Positions 47,934 to 58,113 of a stretch of DNA of 64,000 bases are shown piece after piece. The notes below the pieces were generated by a model. It was not told the origin of the DNA and searched no databases. It saw nothing but the letters and a program-made list of their open reading frames with translations. The stretch covers positions 67,942-131,941 of the forward strand of contig CBDBCS010000006.1 of NCBI GenBank assembly GCA_965203415.1, in the 5' to 3' direction. The DNA comes from Alphaproteobacteria bacterium (lineage in GTDB: Bacteria > Pseudomonadota > Alphaproteobacteria > CBDBCS01). A program made the translations under genes and the position numbers. Within the stretch, counting starts at the first letter, position 1; each line of letters begins with the position of its first letter.

Positions 47934-48359
47934 ATGGAACAGCGATTGAGCGTGATCACCTTAGGGGTGACGGACCTGAAACGGTCCAGAGCCTTCTACG
48001 AAAAACTGGGGTGGAAAGTGGCCACAGAGGAACAAGCCGACTCTATTGTCGCCTTTAATTTGCATGGGTTTGTGCTGGCTCTTTATCCGCTCGAGGGCTT
48101 TGCGGAAGAGGTCGGGCAGCCGGTCAGCCGAGTCTCCCCCAGCCTCCTGCTAGCCTATAGCGTTGCCTCCGAGGCAAAAGTCGACCAGCTCCTCCAAGAG
48201 GCGGAACAGATTGGAGCCACCATCGTCAAGCGGCCTCAGAAGATGTTTTGGGGCGGCTATTCGGGCTGTTTTTCCGACCCGGACGGCTATTTGTGGGAGG
48301 TGGACTTTAATCCCTTCGCGAAACTCGGCGAGGACGGAACGTTCCGATGGATGTCGTAA
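47934..48359 (+). CDS. VOC / glyoxalase family protein, copy 2 (tandem paralog)
   Basis: MEQRLSVITLGVTDLKRSRAFYEKLGW...FSDPDGYLWEVDFNP. The upstream 20 nt is also duplicated. Confidence 0.8.
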   Translation: MEQRLSVITLGVTDLKRSRAFYEKLGWKVATEEQADSIVAFNLHGFVLALYPLEGFAEEVGQPVSRVSPSLLLAYSVASEAKVDQLLQEAEQIGATIVKRPQKMFWGGYSGCFSDPDGYLWEVDFNPFAKLGEDGTFRWMS

Positions 48360-48362
48360 CGA

Positions 48363-49100
48363 ATGTTTCTGATAACGGGGGCGCGAGGGCAACTCGGTAG
48401 CAGGCTTGCGAATCACCTCCTCGCGGCGGGCTATGAGCTCTGTCTCGTGGTGCGGTCTGAGGGACTTGCCCGCCAGCGTTTCGAGGCAGAGTTGCGGGAG
48501 CGTTTCCCTCGGGCTCGGTTTTCGTGCTGGGCGGGGCACCTCCCAGAGGCCCTGCCTCATCTATGGAGACATCTGTGTCGCCATCACGCTTCCTGGCGAG
48601 GCGTCGTCCATGGTGCCTCTATTTTCCGGCCAGACCGACCTGAATCGATTCGACCCGAGGCTCTCTGGGCGAATCTGGCGATTCATCTAGAGACCCCCAT
48701 TTTGCTGACACAGGCTCTGCGAGCCTTCTGCCTTGCGCGCGCGGCTGGAGATCTCCCTGGGGACCCCTCCGGGCGCGTTGTTTTCCTGTTAGATGCGAAA
48801 TTATTGAATTTAAATGCGAATTTTGCGTCTTATAGTCTCTCGAAATTGGCTTTAGCGGGCTTTCACGATATGGTGACTCAGGCTTTTCGGGATGTTCTTG
48901 GCAGTTATGCGTTGTATCCGGGGGTTTTCGCGCCGAATCGACGCCAGAGTCCGGCGTCTTTCCGGCGTCTTGCGCATTGGACGGCGAGCGGACAATGCGT
49001 CGAGCTCCACGATCTGGTTCGCACCATAGAGCTCTGTCTGACAGGAGCCATCCCCGCCGGCACGAGTCTCCCTTTCGATGCGGGGTGGCGCCTGATGTGA
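48363..49100 (+). CDS. short-chain dehydrogenase/reductase (possibly pteridine/dihydromonapterin reductase-like by folB linkage)
   Basis: ITGARGQLG cofactor motif and YSLSK catalytic motif. Stop overlaps the folB ATG (TGATG). Confidence 0.75.
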   Translation: MFLITGARGQLGSRLANHLLAAGYELCLVVRSEGLARQRFEAELRERFPRARFSCWAGHLPEALPHLWRHLCRHHASWRGVVHGASIFRPDRPESIRPEALWANLAIHLETPILLTQALRAFCLARAAGDLPGDPSGRVVFLLDAKLLNLNANFASYSLSKLALAGFHDMVTQAFRDVLGSYALYPGVFAPNRRQSPASFRRLAHWTASGQCVELHDLVRTIELCLTGAIPAGTSLPFDAGWRLM

Positions 49101-49489
49101 TGGGCGGCTCCGACGACGCCATCGCCGTGACCATGACGATAGAGGGCCTCCAGCTTGAGGCTCGAATCGGCGTGTATTCTCACGAAAAACGGGCACCCCA
49201 GCCTCTGATTCTGGACGTCGAGCTAGAGCTCTCGCCGCGGCTTCTAGCGGGGGCGAAAACGGACTGCCTCGAGGGCGTTCTAGACTATGACCGGGTCGGC
49301 CGCCTCCTGCGTTCGACCGTGCAGAGCGGTTCTTTCGACCTGCAGGAGACGCTATGTCTCGCCCTCCTGGAGCGTCTCTTGGCACTGGACGGCGTCCTGA
49401 GTGCCCGTGTCAAAACGTCCAAGCCGGTGGCGTGGCCCGATGCTCGAGCGGTCAGCTTGTGTCTTTTCAAACGCAAGAGTCCCAAGTAG
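49100..49489 (+). CDS. folB: dihydroneopterin aldolase
   Basis: IEGLQLEARIGVYSHEKRAPQPLILDVELE...DYDRV is typical FolB. ATG at 49100 preferred over the longer ORF 48977. Confidence 0.8.
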   Translation: MGGSDDAIAVTMTIEGLQLEARIGVYSHEKRAPQPLILDVELELSPRLLAGAKTDCLEGVLDYDRVGRLLRSTVQSGSFDLQETLCLALLERLLALDGVLSARVKTSKPVAWPDARAVSLCLFKRKSPK

Positions 49490-49532
49490 AGTCCCCGCCT
49501 CCCCGCAGAGTCTCTCCTGGCCCGGGCGGGTT

Positions 49533-50594
49533 TTATCGGAACAAGACGGGGTCTTGCCCGCCGCCGATATCGGCATAGAGCCCCGCGACATAGGGTTCAT
49601 AGCCGTTATAGAGCTGTGTCGGCACTTTTTCCTCTTCGCCCAGGAGGCGTTCGGCCGCCTGAGACCAGCGCGGATGGGGCACGTCGGGATTGACGTTTGC
49701 CCAGAATCCGTACTCTCTGGAGAGGGTTTTCTGCCAAAAGCTCACGGGCTGTTCGTCGGTGAAGTGGATTCGGACGATAGATTTGATCGATTTGAACCCG
49801 TATTTCCAGGGCACAACGAGGCGTATGGGGGCGCCATTCTGCTTGCGGAGCGGGTGGCCGTAGCTCCCGGTCGCCAGAAAAGTGAGTTCATTGGCGGCCT
49901 CCTGGAGCGTCAAGCCCTCCTGATAGGGCCACGGGTACCAGATCGCCGACAAGCCTGGCATCACGGACCAGCTATCGGTTTGGGTCTCGAAGGCGACGAA
50001 GCGAGCCTCGGGCTTGGGTTCGGCGAGCTCCAAAAGCCTAGAGAACGGCACGCCATCCCAAGGGAGCGTCATCGCCCAGGCCTCCACGCACCGGTGTCTA
50101 TATATACGTTGCTCCATATGGGCGGCGAGGTGCTTTTGAAAAAGATCCTCGAAGGTGTACGTCCGCGGCTGGCGAACGAGTCCGTCGATAGCGATCTCCC
50201 ACCCCGCCAGCTCGAGTTTCTGGGCGGGCCCGGCGATATTTTTACTTGTCCCAAATTCGTAGAAATTACAATAACTTGCGGCCCATTCCTCGTCCGTCAG
50301 GGGGCGGTTGCCTTGATAGGCTTGGTTTCTCTGCGGCGGGTAGGCCTCGCAGAAGGGTTCGCAGGGGACGAGGCCTCGGACGGGGTCGTCGTCGGGAGCA
50401 GCTCTCCCTTGTGCCCAGAGCCTCGCGGGGGTCAGGCCCGGAGCCAACCCGGCTGTTGCGGCTGCTGTCGCCACGGCTGCCAGGCCTGTTTTCTGCGCAA
50501 AACCTCGGACGAAATCCCGGCGGCCAAGAGCCACGGACTCGGGCGTTACCCTACTTTCTGGGAGCTCCCAGCCTTTTTTTTTCTGTAAAAGCAT
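49533..50594 (-). CDS. msrP: protein-methionine-sulfoxide reductase catalytic subunit MsrP (YedY)
   Basis: Tat signal RRDFVRGFAQKTGLAAVATAAA. Molybdopterin oxidoreductase core RHRCVEAWAMTLPWDGVPF...GAPIRLVVPWKYGFKSIKSI. No msrQ adjacent. Confidence 0.9.
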   Translation of the reverse strand: MLLQKKKGWELPESRVTPESVALGRRDFVRGFAQKTGLAAVATAAATAGLAPGLTPARLWAQGRAAPDDDPVRGLVPCEPFCEAYPPQRNQAYQGNRPLTDEEWAASYCNFYEFGTSKNIAGPAQKLELAGWEIAIDGLVRQPRTYTFEDLFQKHLAAHMEQRIYRHRCVEAWAMTLPWDGVPFSRLLELAEPKPEARFVAFETQTDSWSVMPGLSAIWYPWPYQEGLTLQEAANELTFLATGSYGHPLRKQNGAPIRLVVPWKYGFKSIKSIVRIHFTDEQPVSFWQKTLSREYGFWANVNPDVPHPRWSQAAERLLGEEEKVPTQLYNGYEPYVAGLYADIGGGQDPVLFR

Positions 50595-51173
50595 AGATTA
50601 TGTTCTCTATTTTTCTCGGCTTGCGGCCCGGCTTCGCGCAGAATCGCCGACCTGCGGGCCACGGTAGCATGAATTATAACACATATATCATGGAATATCA
50701 TAGAGACCATACGATAAATCTTGTCGCAAGCCGGCTCACGAGCCCGTCGAGAACCATGGCGTGAATTTCGGGAAATTGCGGAACATGCGGGATACGGCCG
50801 AGACCTATAGAGACCTATTAGAGACCTATGTTTAGGGGAGGCTCGGTGTAACACGCCTTTGTAATTATATAGTAACGAAATTGTGACGAACACCAAAGAG
50901 GAGGCTCAAGAGGCTCACTCGGACAAACAAGAGGGGGGAGTCCTGCACAATAACGGCCCCAACGAGCCGGCCTCGGGCGTCTCGAATTGCACGATTTCCC
51001 TTACATTTTAGCCTTCATTTTGTTCTTTCGCTGTCGTTGTGCCGTCTTGTCGCCGTCCTTGAGCCGTCCTTGAGCTGTTCTTGGCGCTATCGTTTTGCTG
51101 GTGTGATTTGGTATCTTTATGTTTTTTCGGAAAAATTTTCGTCGTGTAATTCTTTTTTAGTTCTTTTTACCTC

Positions 51174-51202
51174 TTGACATATGGCGTTTGTGTTTGTATA
51201 AC
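51174..51202 (+). promoter_or_regulatory. near-consensus sigma70 promoter TTGACA-17-TATAAC upstream of giant adhesin 1
   Basis: cctcTTGACAtatggcgtttgtgtttgTATAACttcc in an AT-rich region. Confidence 0.55.
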
Positions 51203-51286
51203 TTCCCTAGTTTCTAATCGGGAGCACGTCCCCGCGGGGTTTTTTGTGCCCTCCAATTTTTTCGCAAGTGAAGGGATATTAAGGTT

Positions 51287-52711
51287 ATGAAAATTCTTTC
51301 TGGAGCTTCTAGCAGCAGCCATCAGAGTCGTTTTCGCACATCTGGGTCCGGCGTTTCGGCCGGCGGTTTTCTGGTTGATTCTCTTCGGGGCTCCGGTTGG
51401 AGCTCTGAGGACATCGGCGTGCCGGGACTAGAGCGTCTCGCGATGCGGCGCCGGGCCGGATTTCACCGGGCGGGCCTCGTCGGCACGAGCTCGCTGTTCC
51501 TCGTTCTGGCTGCCTGCGGCGGGAGCAGTGGCGGCGGCGGCGGCGGCGGCACCACGACGGACACGATGTCGATGACGGACACGATGTCGATGACGGAGAC
51601 GATGTCGATGACGACGTCTGTGCCGGACGGGACGATGACGATGACGGAGACGATGTCGATGACGACGTCCATGCCGGACGGGACGACGACGGTGACGGAC
51701 ACGTCGACGGACGGCATGCCGACGACCACGACGGTTAGCGTCTCAGAGAACATCCCGGGCGAAGATGCGGCGACGGTTCGTTCGGCTTACGACGGGACCC
51801 ACGTTTATTTCACGCTGGGCTTCCTGAGCGGATATGACAATCTCGACGGGGCGGCTCTGGAGGCTTTCAACGGGGAAATCCTAGCCACTCAGGCTTATCC
51901 GGCGGATGGGATGTTTGAAATCGGAGACTATTTGGTTCTGACGCTCACACCGGACGAGGGCTTGAACGACGTCCCCGTTTATGTGCTTATCGACGGCACC
52001 GTGGTTACGGCGGTCGATTCGGGTGTTGCGGTTTCCGAGTTGCTCCTGGTTCCCATCAGCTACACGATCGACAATATCGGGCCCGATTCGTCGGCGGAGT
52101 CTTTTTCGTTCTCGTCCTCGTCTACGACGGAGATTTTGAACAGAAATTCGCACTCTTTGGGCGTCATAACGCTGACTTTTGACGATTCGATAGACCAAGA
52201 CAGCCTCACGGCCCGAGATTTCATCGTGACCAACGGAGGCGAGATCGAGAAAATCGAACACGCCGACAATGTCGTGGAGGTCTCGGTCCGGGCTGCGAAT
52301 CGCTCGCCCTTGCACAATCTGACGGTTTTCTTCTCAGAGGCGGCCGAGTTCACAGACACCCAGGGTAACGCCGCCGATCCTCGATTCGGAGGCACCCAGC
52401 TGGGCGTTTTCCGCGCCGATACGCTGCCGCCGGAGCTCGTGTACGACGGTGCGAATGCCGAAAACACAGCCCTGACGAATCTGAAGATTGCGACTTTCGA
52501 AGCTTCGAAGGGCAACATACTGACGAATCAGTTAGAAATACCGACAGCAATAACGAATACCGATGCGAACAGGATATACCACACCGTTCCTCTGGACGGC
52601 TTTTTTCGGATAATCCGGACAATGCGTCCATTTCCTTCAAACTGTTCCATCCCGACGACGACGCTGGGACTCTGGGCATCTCTGGCGATGGCGTCGACTC
52701 GCTCCGTCTGA
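51287..52711 (+). CDS. giant Ig-like/FG-GAP lipoprotein adhesin 1, N-terminal segment (frame lost at T6 run 52601-52606)
   Basis: Lipobox LFLVLAAC/GGSSGG after a ~70-aa N-extension. 18-nt repeats encode MSMT(D/E)T. Ig-like modules (..ITLTFDDSIDQDSLTARDFIVTNG...TDTQGNAADP...FRADTLPPEL). Confidence 0.8.
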   Translation: MKILSGASSSSHQSRFRTSGSGVSAGGFLVDSLRGSGWSSEDIGVPGLERLAMRRRAGFHRAGLVGTSSLFLVLAACGGSSGGGGGGGTTTDTMSMTDTMSMTETMSMTTSVPDGTMTMTETMSMTTSMPDGTTTVTDTSTDGMPTTTTVSVSENIPGEDAATVRSAYDGTHVYFTLGFLSGYDNLDGAALEAFNGEILATQAYPADGMFEIGDYLVLTLTPDEGLNDVPVYVLIDGTVVTAVDSGVAVSELLLVPISYTIDNIGPDSSAESFSFSSSSTTEILNRNSHSLGVITLTFDDSIDQDSLTARDFIVTNGGEIEKIEHADNVVEVSVRAANRSPLHNLTVFFSEAAEFTDTQGNAADPRFGGTQLGVFRADTLPPELVYDGANAENTALTNLKIATFEASKGNILTNQLEIPTAITNTDANRIYHTVPLDGFFRIIRTMRPFPSNCSIPTTTLGLWASLAMASTRSV

Positions 52712-52725
52712 ACGGCGGTGCTGGT

Positions 52726-55700
52726 GTGAATCTCGGCACGAACGATTCGGGGGAAACTTCTCTGGTTGTGGTCTGGTATGGCACAGGGTATGCCGCCATG
52801 CTCTCGGATACTTTTGTCCTCGGAGCCCTAGACACGGCTGGCAATATCTACGCCCACCAGGTCGTGGTTCACAGAGGTCTTAACGCTCGAATCACGGACC
52901 ATACGCAGGAGGGGGGCACTATCGTCTATACCTTGGATTATTCCGGTTCCTCGGCCATCCCAGCCACGTCTTTCACGTCCTCGATTGGCACCGTGACCGG
53001 GGTTGCTCTTACTGCCGATGCTGCCGGGACAACAATGGTTACGGGGGGGGGCATGGTGTTTGTCACCGTCACCGTCTCAGAGGAGCACGAGGGCGAATTT
53101 GCCTATCTTCGCTCGATAGGTGGGACCTCGCCGTTTCATTTCCCAGAGTATCGCCATTACTACGACAATGTCGGCCCCAAGTACGAAAATCTAGAAGTAG
53201 AGATCGCCGGCGTCCCAGAGGGGCGCGTCGTCACGGTATCCGATGTCGCCGAATTTGTGGTGGTGACGCTAGACTTCACGGACGGCCCTCTGGGCGGAAC
53301 CTATGTGAGTCACGAGGATTTTGTCGTTGTTTCGGGCGCGTCGAGATTCGCTCTAGACGGGGCGGCTCCTGTGAGCGGTGATTTCAATGCTCTTCAACTC
53401 CTCGAGGCGCGGGCCCTAGGCGACCACAACACCTGGGCTGTCACCGTTGCCGCTCGAGGCGGCGACGGCGTCCGCAGCCAAGTCTTTTTCTCGCCCTATG
53501 ACGAAGCTAACCCGCACTTTGAGGACACGTCCGGCAACCCTTCGGACGGGAATTTCGGCGACAAGCTCATCGCAGAGTTCTACGTCGACACCGCCCCTCC
53601 TATCGTGATGAATGAAATTCCCAATCAGATCATCGTAACGGCGGATGACACCGAGACCGATGCGGTCGAGGTCGTCGTCAGGCGAGGTCAGCTTGCCTTT
53701 GACCCCATCGCCTTAGCGGGACATTTCTCGAACATTCCGGGGTCTAACCCGGCCATGTTGCAGCCGGACCTCATCGACACGTTCGAGGCGAGTGCAACAG
53801 GCGACCCTCTGTTGGACCAGCTTCGCTTCCGCAAAGTCGGTGACGCAGAGACGCTCTATTTCGAAGCCGACCTCGCGAGCGACGTCATCTATGGGATTGC
53901 CACGGTCACCATCACGGCGACCGACGGAGCGGGCCACACGGTTACGGACGCCTTCCTCGTGACACGCGAGGAGGACCCCACAGCCGACCCAACCCCGATC
54001 GAGTTCCTTTCGGCTGCGAAACAGGCTCTGCCTCTTCGAATCGGTCAGGACGAGGGTTATGTTGTGCTCGCCTTCAGCAAGGGCTTGTCGGACTATTCCG
54101 AAAGCGGCATGGATTCGGACCTTGTGGACGCGAGCGATTTCGACGTGACGGCGATGGGAGACGCCATGGGAGACATGGTCGCACTTTCCGTAGAGTCCTA
54201 TGGCGTAGGGTCCGAGCGTGTATCGCTCAAGCTCGTCGCAGATGAGGGCACGGACCACACGGTTTACACCCTGGCATTTGCGAGCGACGCCGCTTTCACG
54301 GGCGAAAATGAGGTTGCCGCAATGCTCCCAACGGACGGGACGGTCATTGAGTTCACCGTAGACACCCAGGCTCCGGTAGCGGCGACAACGGGGACGGGCG
54401 CGCTTGCGGACCAGACCATGGCGGGCTCGACCGATCTTTCCAATGCCTTCACGGATGGAGGCATGCTGACCTACCGCGTAACAGATGAGAACGAAGGCCC
54501 CTATGATGCGAGTATCAGCGGGACGAATCTTGTTCTCACGGCCCGCACGGAGGTCTCTACAGCCTCGAACCCTCCGGCTGTCATGGGCATCGAGCAAATC
54601 ACGGTGACGGCTTTTGACGAGGTCGGCAACGCCACTCGAACCACCATCAGTGCTCAGAATTCCAGTGGTGCCCTAACGGGCACGATTGGGGACGTGTTTC
54701 TCACGGACCCTGAGCGCGGGACTGGGACTTATTTTGCCTCGCATGAGGTCACTTTGAGCGAGACCTTCACAGGTGGAACGAACTATACATTCTTCGTAGG
54801 CGAATCCGATGGAATGGGTTCTGTTACGGCCATGCAGTCCTATAGTGGCGCGGTCCGCGAGCAGGCAGACGTCGTCCGAGCAAGCGTTTCGGGCAATACA
54901 TTGCGCCTAGACGCCATAGCGGGAGCCGGTATCGGCGTAGAAGCTGTCACGGTAACCGCCGTCGATAGTACTGGCAAGGTCGGCACCGCGGAATTCTTTG
55001 TGCATCTGCCGGGTGTTGAACTCAAAGAGGAACTGACCCCGTTCGAAGTGGTCGAGGGTGCCATGGCCACGTATACCCTCGAGGACGGCACGACAAAGGC
55101 TTTCTGGGGAGCTTATGACGCATACGTCAAAACAGGCGACACGGCCCCCGATTCTCTTTCCTTGAGATTTTATGCGGTGGGAAGCGAGCCTCCTGTTGAT
55201 GCATCAGGCCCGCCTGCTTTCGCCGATACGGGTGGGTCTGTGAATACGAGGGCTCCAGACCTTACGCCTGCAGATACCGAGTTGGATTTAACAGCTCCGC
55301 AGGTTTTCGGGGATACCGTCTATACGATTCGGATTGAGGCCACCACATCAGGAGGGACAAACACGGCGGGCATGGGATATAGTTCTATGTCCAGGGATGA
55401 GGTCCAGGTTCTCGTGACGGACTCGGGCACGGTTGATATCGCTGAGGCCGCCACGCTAACCACGACGGTCTATGATGTGGACGATGCGGGCACGATGGGT
55501 GCCCGAGAGGCCACCTTGGACCTGGCAACCTTATTCGACTTTGCCACGGGCGACCAAGGCGGTATCACGCCCACGCCTCAGCATTTCAGCATCGATTACT
55601 ATATCGAGGCGGCGGGCGAACAGGTCTCTGAGACCACGCGTGTCTCTATCCCAGACGATGGTATGGTCGAGGTGCACTTGAGAGGGGCTCTAGACAACGT

Positions 55701-58113
55701 AGCCGCGGAGCACATCCTGAACAACGATGCGTTCACGCTCGTGGCCGAGGCGCGTTTCGCCTATGGCAATGACGTCGTCCTGAATAGTGTCACGCTCACC
55801 AGCAGCGAGCACAATGCCCGGACCGAGATCTACAACAACTCTTTTGTCGACAGCGACGATAATGACTTTCTGGGCGGCTTTGGGTTCGACATCCATAGAG
55901 GCGGCGACAGCCCCACGAAGCTTCAGGGGCAATCCATTGCTCGAGTCGGCGACTATAATGACGATGGATTCGACGATTTTGTCTTCGTCAACCGAGCCGG
56001 CAAGATCTCCGTCGTTCGAGGCGGGCGCGAGTCCTGGTCCGTCCGAGAACTCCCCAACAGCCCGACGTATGAAACCTTGCCGAGCTACACCAATATAGCG
56101 GGAGGCGACTTCAACGGCGACGGCTTTGGCGATGTGCTCGCCTCGCAGAATGCTAATTTCAATCAGCTTGTCGTCCGGCCCGGCCGAGCCGACGGAACAA
56201 GCGGCCCTGATGATTACGAGCTCAACACGCACAATAATAGCGGGTCTGCCGCCGTCGCCGTGATCGGAGACATCAATGGCGACGGGATTGTAGACACGGC
56301 CATCTCGTATCGCAATTGGGACACGGTAGCCTTCGCCTATAGCAATCCAGCCCGCGGCGGGAGAACGGATATCTATGAGAAAGGCACGACGGGGAATCGT
56401 CAAATCAATGATTTCGGCATACGCGAGTATCCGAATGAGCACGGCGAGGATGGGATCGAAACCGTCAGGGCACCTTCTAACGCTTTTTACACCTTCCTGG
56501 GACTCGCCGGGGCGGAGGGCGTGCCAACCGTGTATTTCGGAGATTTACCCGAATCGAATGCGTATGCCAAAGACGCGGGGTCTGTCTTTTACCACGCCTC
56601 CATCAGCAAGAGCGGCGCGTCTGTCAGTGGCATCGGCGACATCAATGGCGATGGCATAGACGATTTCGCAATCGGCACGCCTGGGCGCGACGCCAATAGC
56701 TCTGCGAGTGCTCGAGACGCGGGCGCCGTGTTCGTGATTTACGGCATGAACTCGAACAAGCACGGGATTGATGATGCCGGCCGGACGTGGCAACGAGATG
56801 ACTCCGACTCGATTGAGCCCGTCATCGCCTCCAGTTATAACGAGAACGATCTCCGCGAGGCGACCCAGGGTTTCTTGATTCACTCGGGTTCGGGGCGGCG
56901 CGAAGAGCACTTTGGTGCGGTCGTAGATGCCGCCGGGGACTTCAACGGCGACGGCTATCAGGATATCGTGATCGGCAATGACGATGCGAATAACGCTGCC
57001 AAGCGAGTCGTGGTTTTCTTCGGGCGGTCTGGTCATACGGGACGCTCTTATGACGCCGCCGACCAGCTAGAGATCGTCTCGACCAGCCAGGGCTTTGGCA
57101 AATCCGTCAGCGGTATCGGCGATTTCAACGGCGACGGCTTTGACGATATCCTCGTCGGCGACACCACCAGCGGCGGCGGCGGCGGAGCCTATATCTTCTT
57201 CGGTCAGGACGAAACCCGAGCCAATCTGGAAGGAGCTCTATGGGATCTCGGTGCGACGGGAGACGATAGCATTACGAATGATCCGACTCGGATGCTCAAA
57301 TTGTCTACGGGCATTTCCGGAACGGACGACACCGCGGCGATGGCTGCCAACGTTCACCACTTCGGGAACACGGTCGAGGGGATTGGCGACTTCAATGGCG
57401 ACGGCTTGGACGATTTATCCTATGGCGATGGTCGGGGCAATGTCCGCGTTATCTGGGGGAACAAGCACTTTGGCCAGCCGGCTAATTCGGACCAGAGCGG
57501 CGACCCTTATAACTCTGCGGACGCCATTGACCATATTTCCGACCCCATTGGGCGCGGCGATGTCGTCTATGCGGGCGCGGGCGGTGACACGCTTTACCTC
57601 AACTCGAACCGAGCCCAGCGTATAGATGGAGGCTCGGGCGTTGACACGCTCGTCATCGGGCGGGGCGTCGAGCTGGATCTGACGCAGGCCACCGACTCTG
57701 GTTCGCTGGGACGCGACGATGTCCGCGACATCGAGAAACTCAAGTTCTATGCCAACTCTGGGAGTGTGGTGAAGCTGGACAAGTTCTCGCTGTACGATTT
57801 GACGGCGACTTCGTCTCATGTCGATATCGATGTTGCTGCCGGCGAGACCATCACCGGACGTTTCCTGACTGTAGAACGGGAGGGTAATATCACCCACGAC
57901 AGAACGGCGATGGGTTCCGAAGAGCTCCAGCTTTTGGACTCTCATTTCTACAAAGAAGAGAAAGACAATGGCGACGTGTACTACATCCGGACGGCCTTGG
58001 GCCTAGGGAGCTCCAATGGCTACAACGAGTTTGTCGGCATATGGGCACCCGACGCCGAGGACGCTGCGGGTGAAGACAATAGCGTGTTCGTTCAAGAGGT
58101 CGCCTATTTGTAG
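52726..58113 (+). CDS. giant adhesin 1, C-terminal segment (reading frame is open upstream to at least 52441)
   Basis: Ig-like modules ending FYVDTAPP / FTVDTQAP. Seven GD(F/Y/I)NGDG(F/I/Y/L)xD FG-GAP repeats (about 55900-57450). RTX-like GAGGDTLYLNSNRAQRIDGGSGVDTLVIG (about 57540-57660). Confidence 0.85.
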   Translation: MNLGTNDSGETSLVVVWYGTGYAAMLSDTFVLGALDTAGNIYAHQVVVHRGLNARITDHTQEGGTIVYTLDYSGSSAIPATSFTSSIGTVTGVALTADAAGTTMVTGGGMVFVTVTVSEEHEGEFAYLRSIGGTSPFHFPEYRHYYDNVGPKYENLEVEIAGVPEGRVVTVSDVAEFVVVTLDFTDGPLGGTYVSHEDFVVVSGASRFALDGAAPVSGDFNALQLLEARALGDHNTWAVTVAARGGDGVRSQVFFSPYDEANPHFEDTSGNPSDGNFGDKLIAEFYVDTAPPIVMNEIPNQIIVTADDTETDAVEVVVRRGQLAFDPIALAGHFSNIPGSNPAMLQPDLIDTFEASATGDPLLDQLRFRKVGDAETLYFEADLASDVIYGIATVTITATDGAGHTVTDAFLVTREEDPTADPTPIEFLSAAKQALPLRIGQDEGYVVLAFSKGLSDYSESGMDSDLVDASDFDVTAMGDAMGDMVALSVESYGVGSERVSLKLVADEGTDHTVYTLAFASDAAFTGENEVAAMLPTDGTVIEFTVDTQAPVAATTGTGALADQTMAGSTDLSNAFTDGGMLTYRVTDENEGPYDASISGTNLVLTARTEVSTASNPPAVMGIEQITVTAFDEVGNATRTTISAQNSSGALTGTIGDVFLTDPERGTGTYFASHEVTLSETFTGGTNYTFFVGESDGMGSVTAMQSYSGAVREQADVVRASVSGNTLRLDAIAGAGIGVEAVTVTAVDSTGKVGTAEFFVHLPGVELKEELTPFEVVEGAMATYTLEDGTTKAFWGAYDAYVKTGDTAPDSLSLRFYAVGSEPPVDASGPPAFADTGGSVNTRAPDLTPADTELDLTAPQVFGDTVYTIRIEATTSGGTNTAGMGYSSMSRDEVQVLVTDSGTVDIAEAATLTTTVYDVDDAGTMGAREATLDLATLFDFATGDQGGITPTPQHFSIDYYIEAAGEQVSETTRVSIPDDGMVEVHLRGALDNVAAEHILNNDAFTLVAEARFAYGNDVVLNSVTLTSSEHNARTEIYNNSFVDSDDNDFLGGFGFDIHRGGDSPTKLQGQSIARVGDYNDDGFDDFVFVNRAGKISVVRGGRESWSVRELPNSPTYETLPSYTNIAGGDFNGDGFGDVLASQNANFNQLVVRPGRADGTSGPDDYELNTHNNSGSAAVAVIGDINGDGIVDTAISYRNWDTVAFAYSNPARGGRTDIYEKGTTGNRQINDFGIREYPNEHGEDGIETVRAPSNAFYTFLGLAGAEGVPTVYFGDLPESNAYAKDAGSVFYHASISKSGASVSGIGDINGDGIDDFAIGTPGRDANSSASARDAGAVFVIYGMNSNKHGIDDAGRTWQRDDSDSIEPVIASSYNENDLREATQGFLIHSGSGRREEHFGAVVDAAGDFNGDGYQDIVIGNDDANNAAKRVVVFFGRSGHTGRSYDAADQLEIVSTSQGFGKSVSGIGDFNGDGFDDILVGDTTSGGGGGAYIFFGQDETRANLEGALWDLGATGDDSITNDPTRMLKLSTGISGTDDTAAMAANVHHFGNTVEGIGDFNGDGLDDLSYGDGRGNVRVIWGNKHFGQPANSDQSGDPYNSADAIDHISDPIGRGDVVYAGAGGDTLYLNSNRAQRIDGGSGVDTLVIGRGVELDLTQATDSGSLGRDDVRDIEKLKFYANSGSVVKLDKFSLYDLTATSSHVDIDVAAGETITGRFLTVEREGNITHDRTAMGSEELQLLDSHFYKEEKDNGDVYYIRTALGLGSSNGYNEFVGIWAPDAEDAAGEDNSVFVQEVAYL

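Noticed and set aside
50595-51173. ORF 50546..50896 (minus) and the AT-rich region upstream of adhesin 1 as a regulator gene or small RNA
   Set aside because: The ORF overlaps the msrP start, has junk-like composition and no motif. I found no promoter/terminator pair that would delimit an RNA.
2455-56442. Long antisense or out-of-frame ORFs inside clear genes (e.g. 2455..3267, 5251..5889, 17107..17796, 18167..18745, 18956..19849, 39287..40012, 42483..43511, 44152..44826, 46152..46826, 49401..50588, 53713..54597, 55690..56442)
   Set aside because: These are typical shadow ORFs of a GC-rich genome. Each overlaps a gene with strong family motifs on the other strand or frame and has an Arg/Gly/Pro-biased composition.
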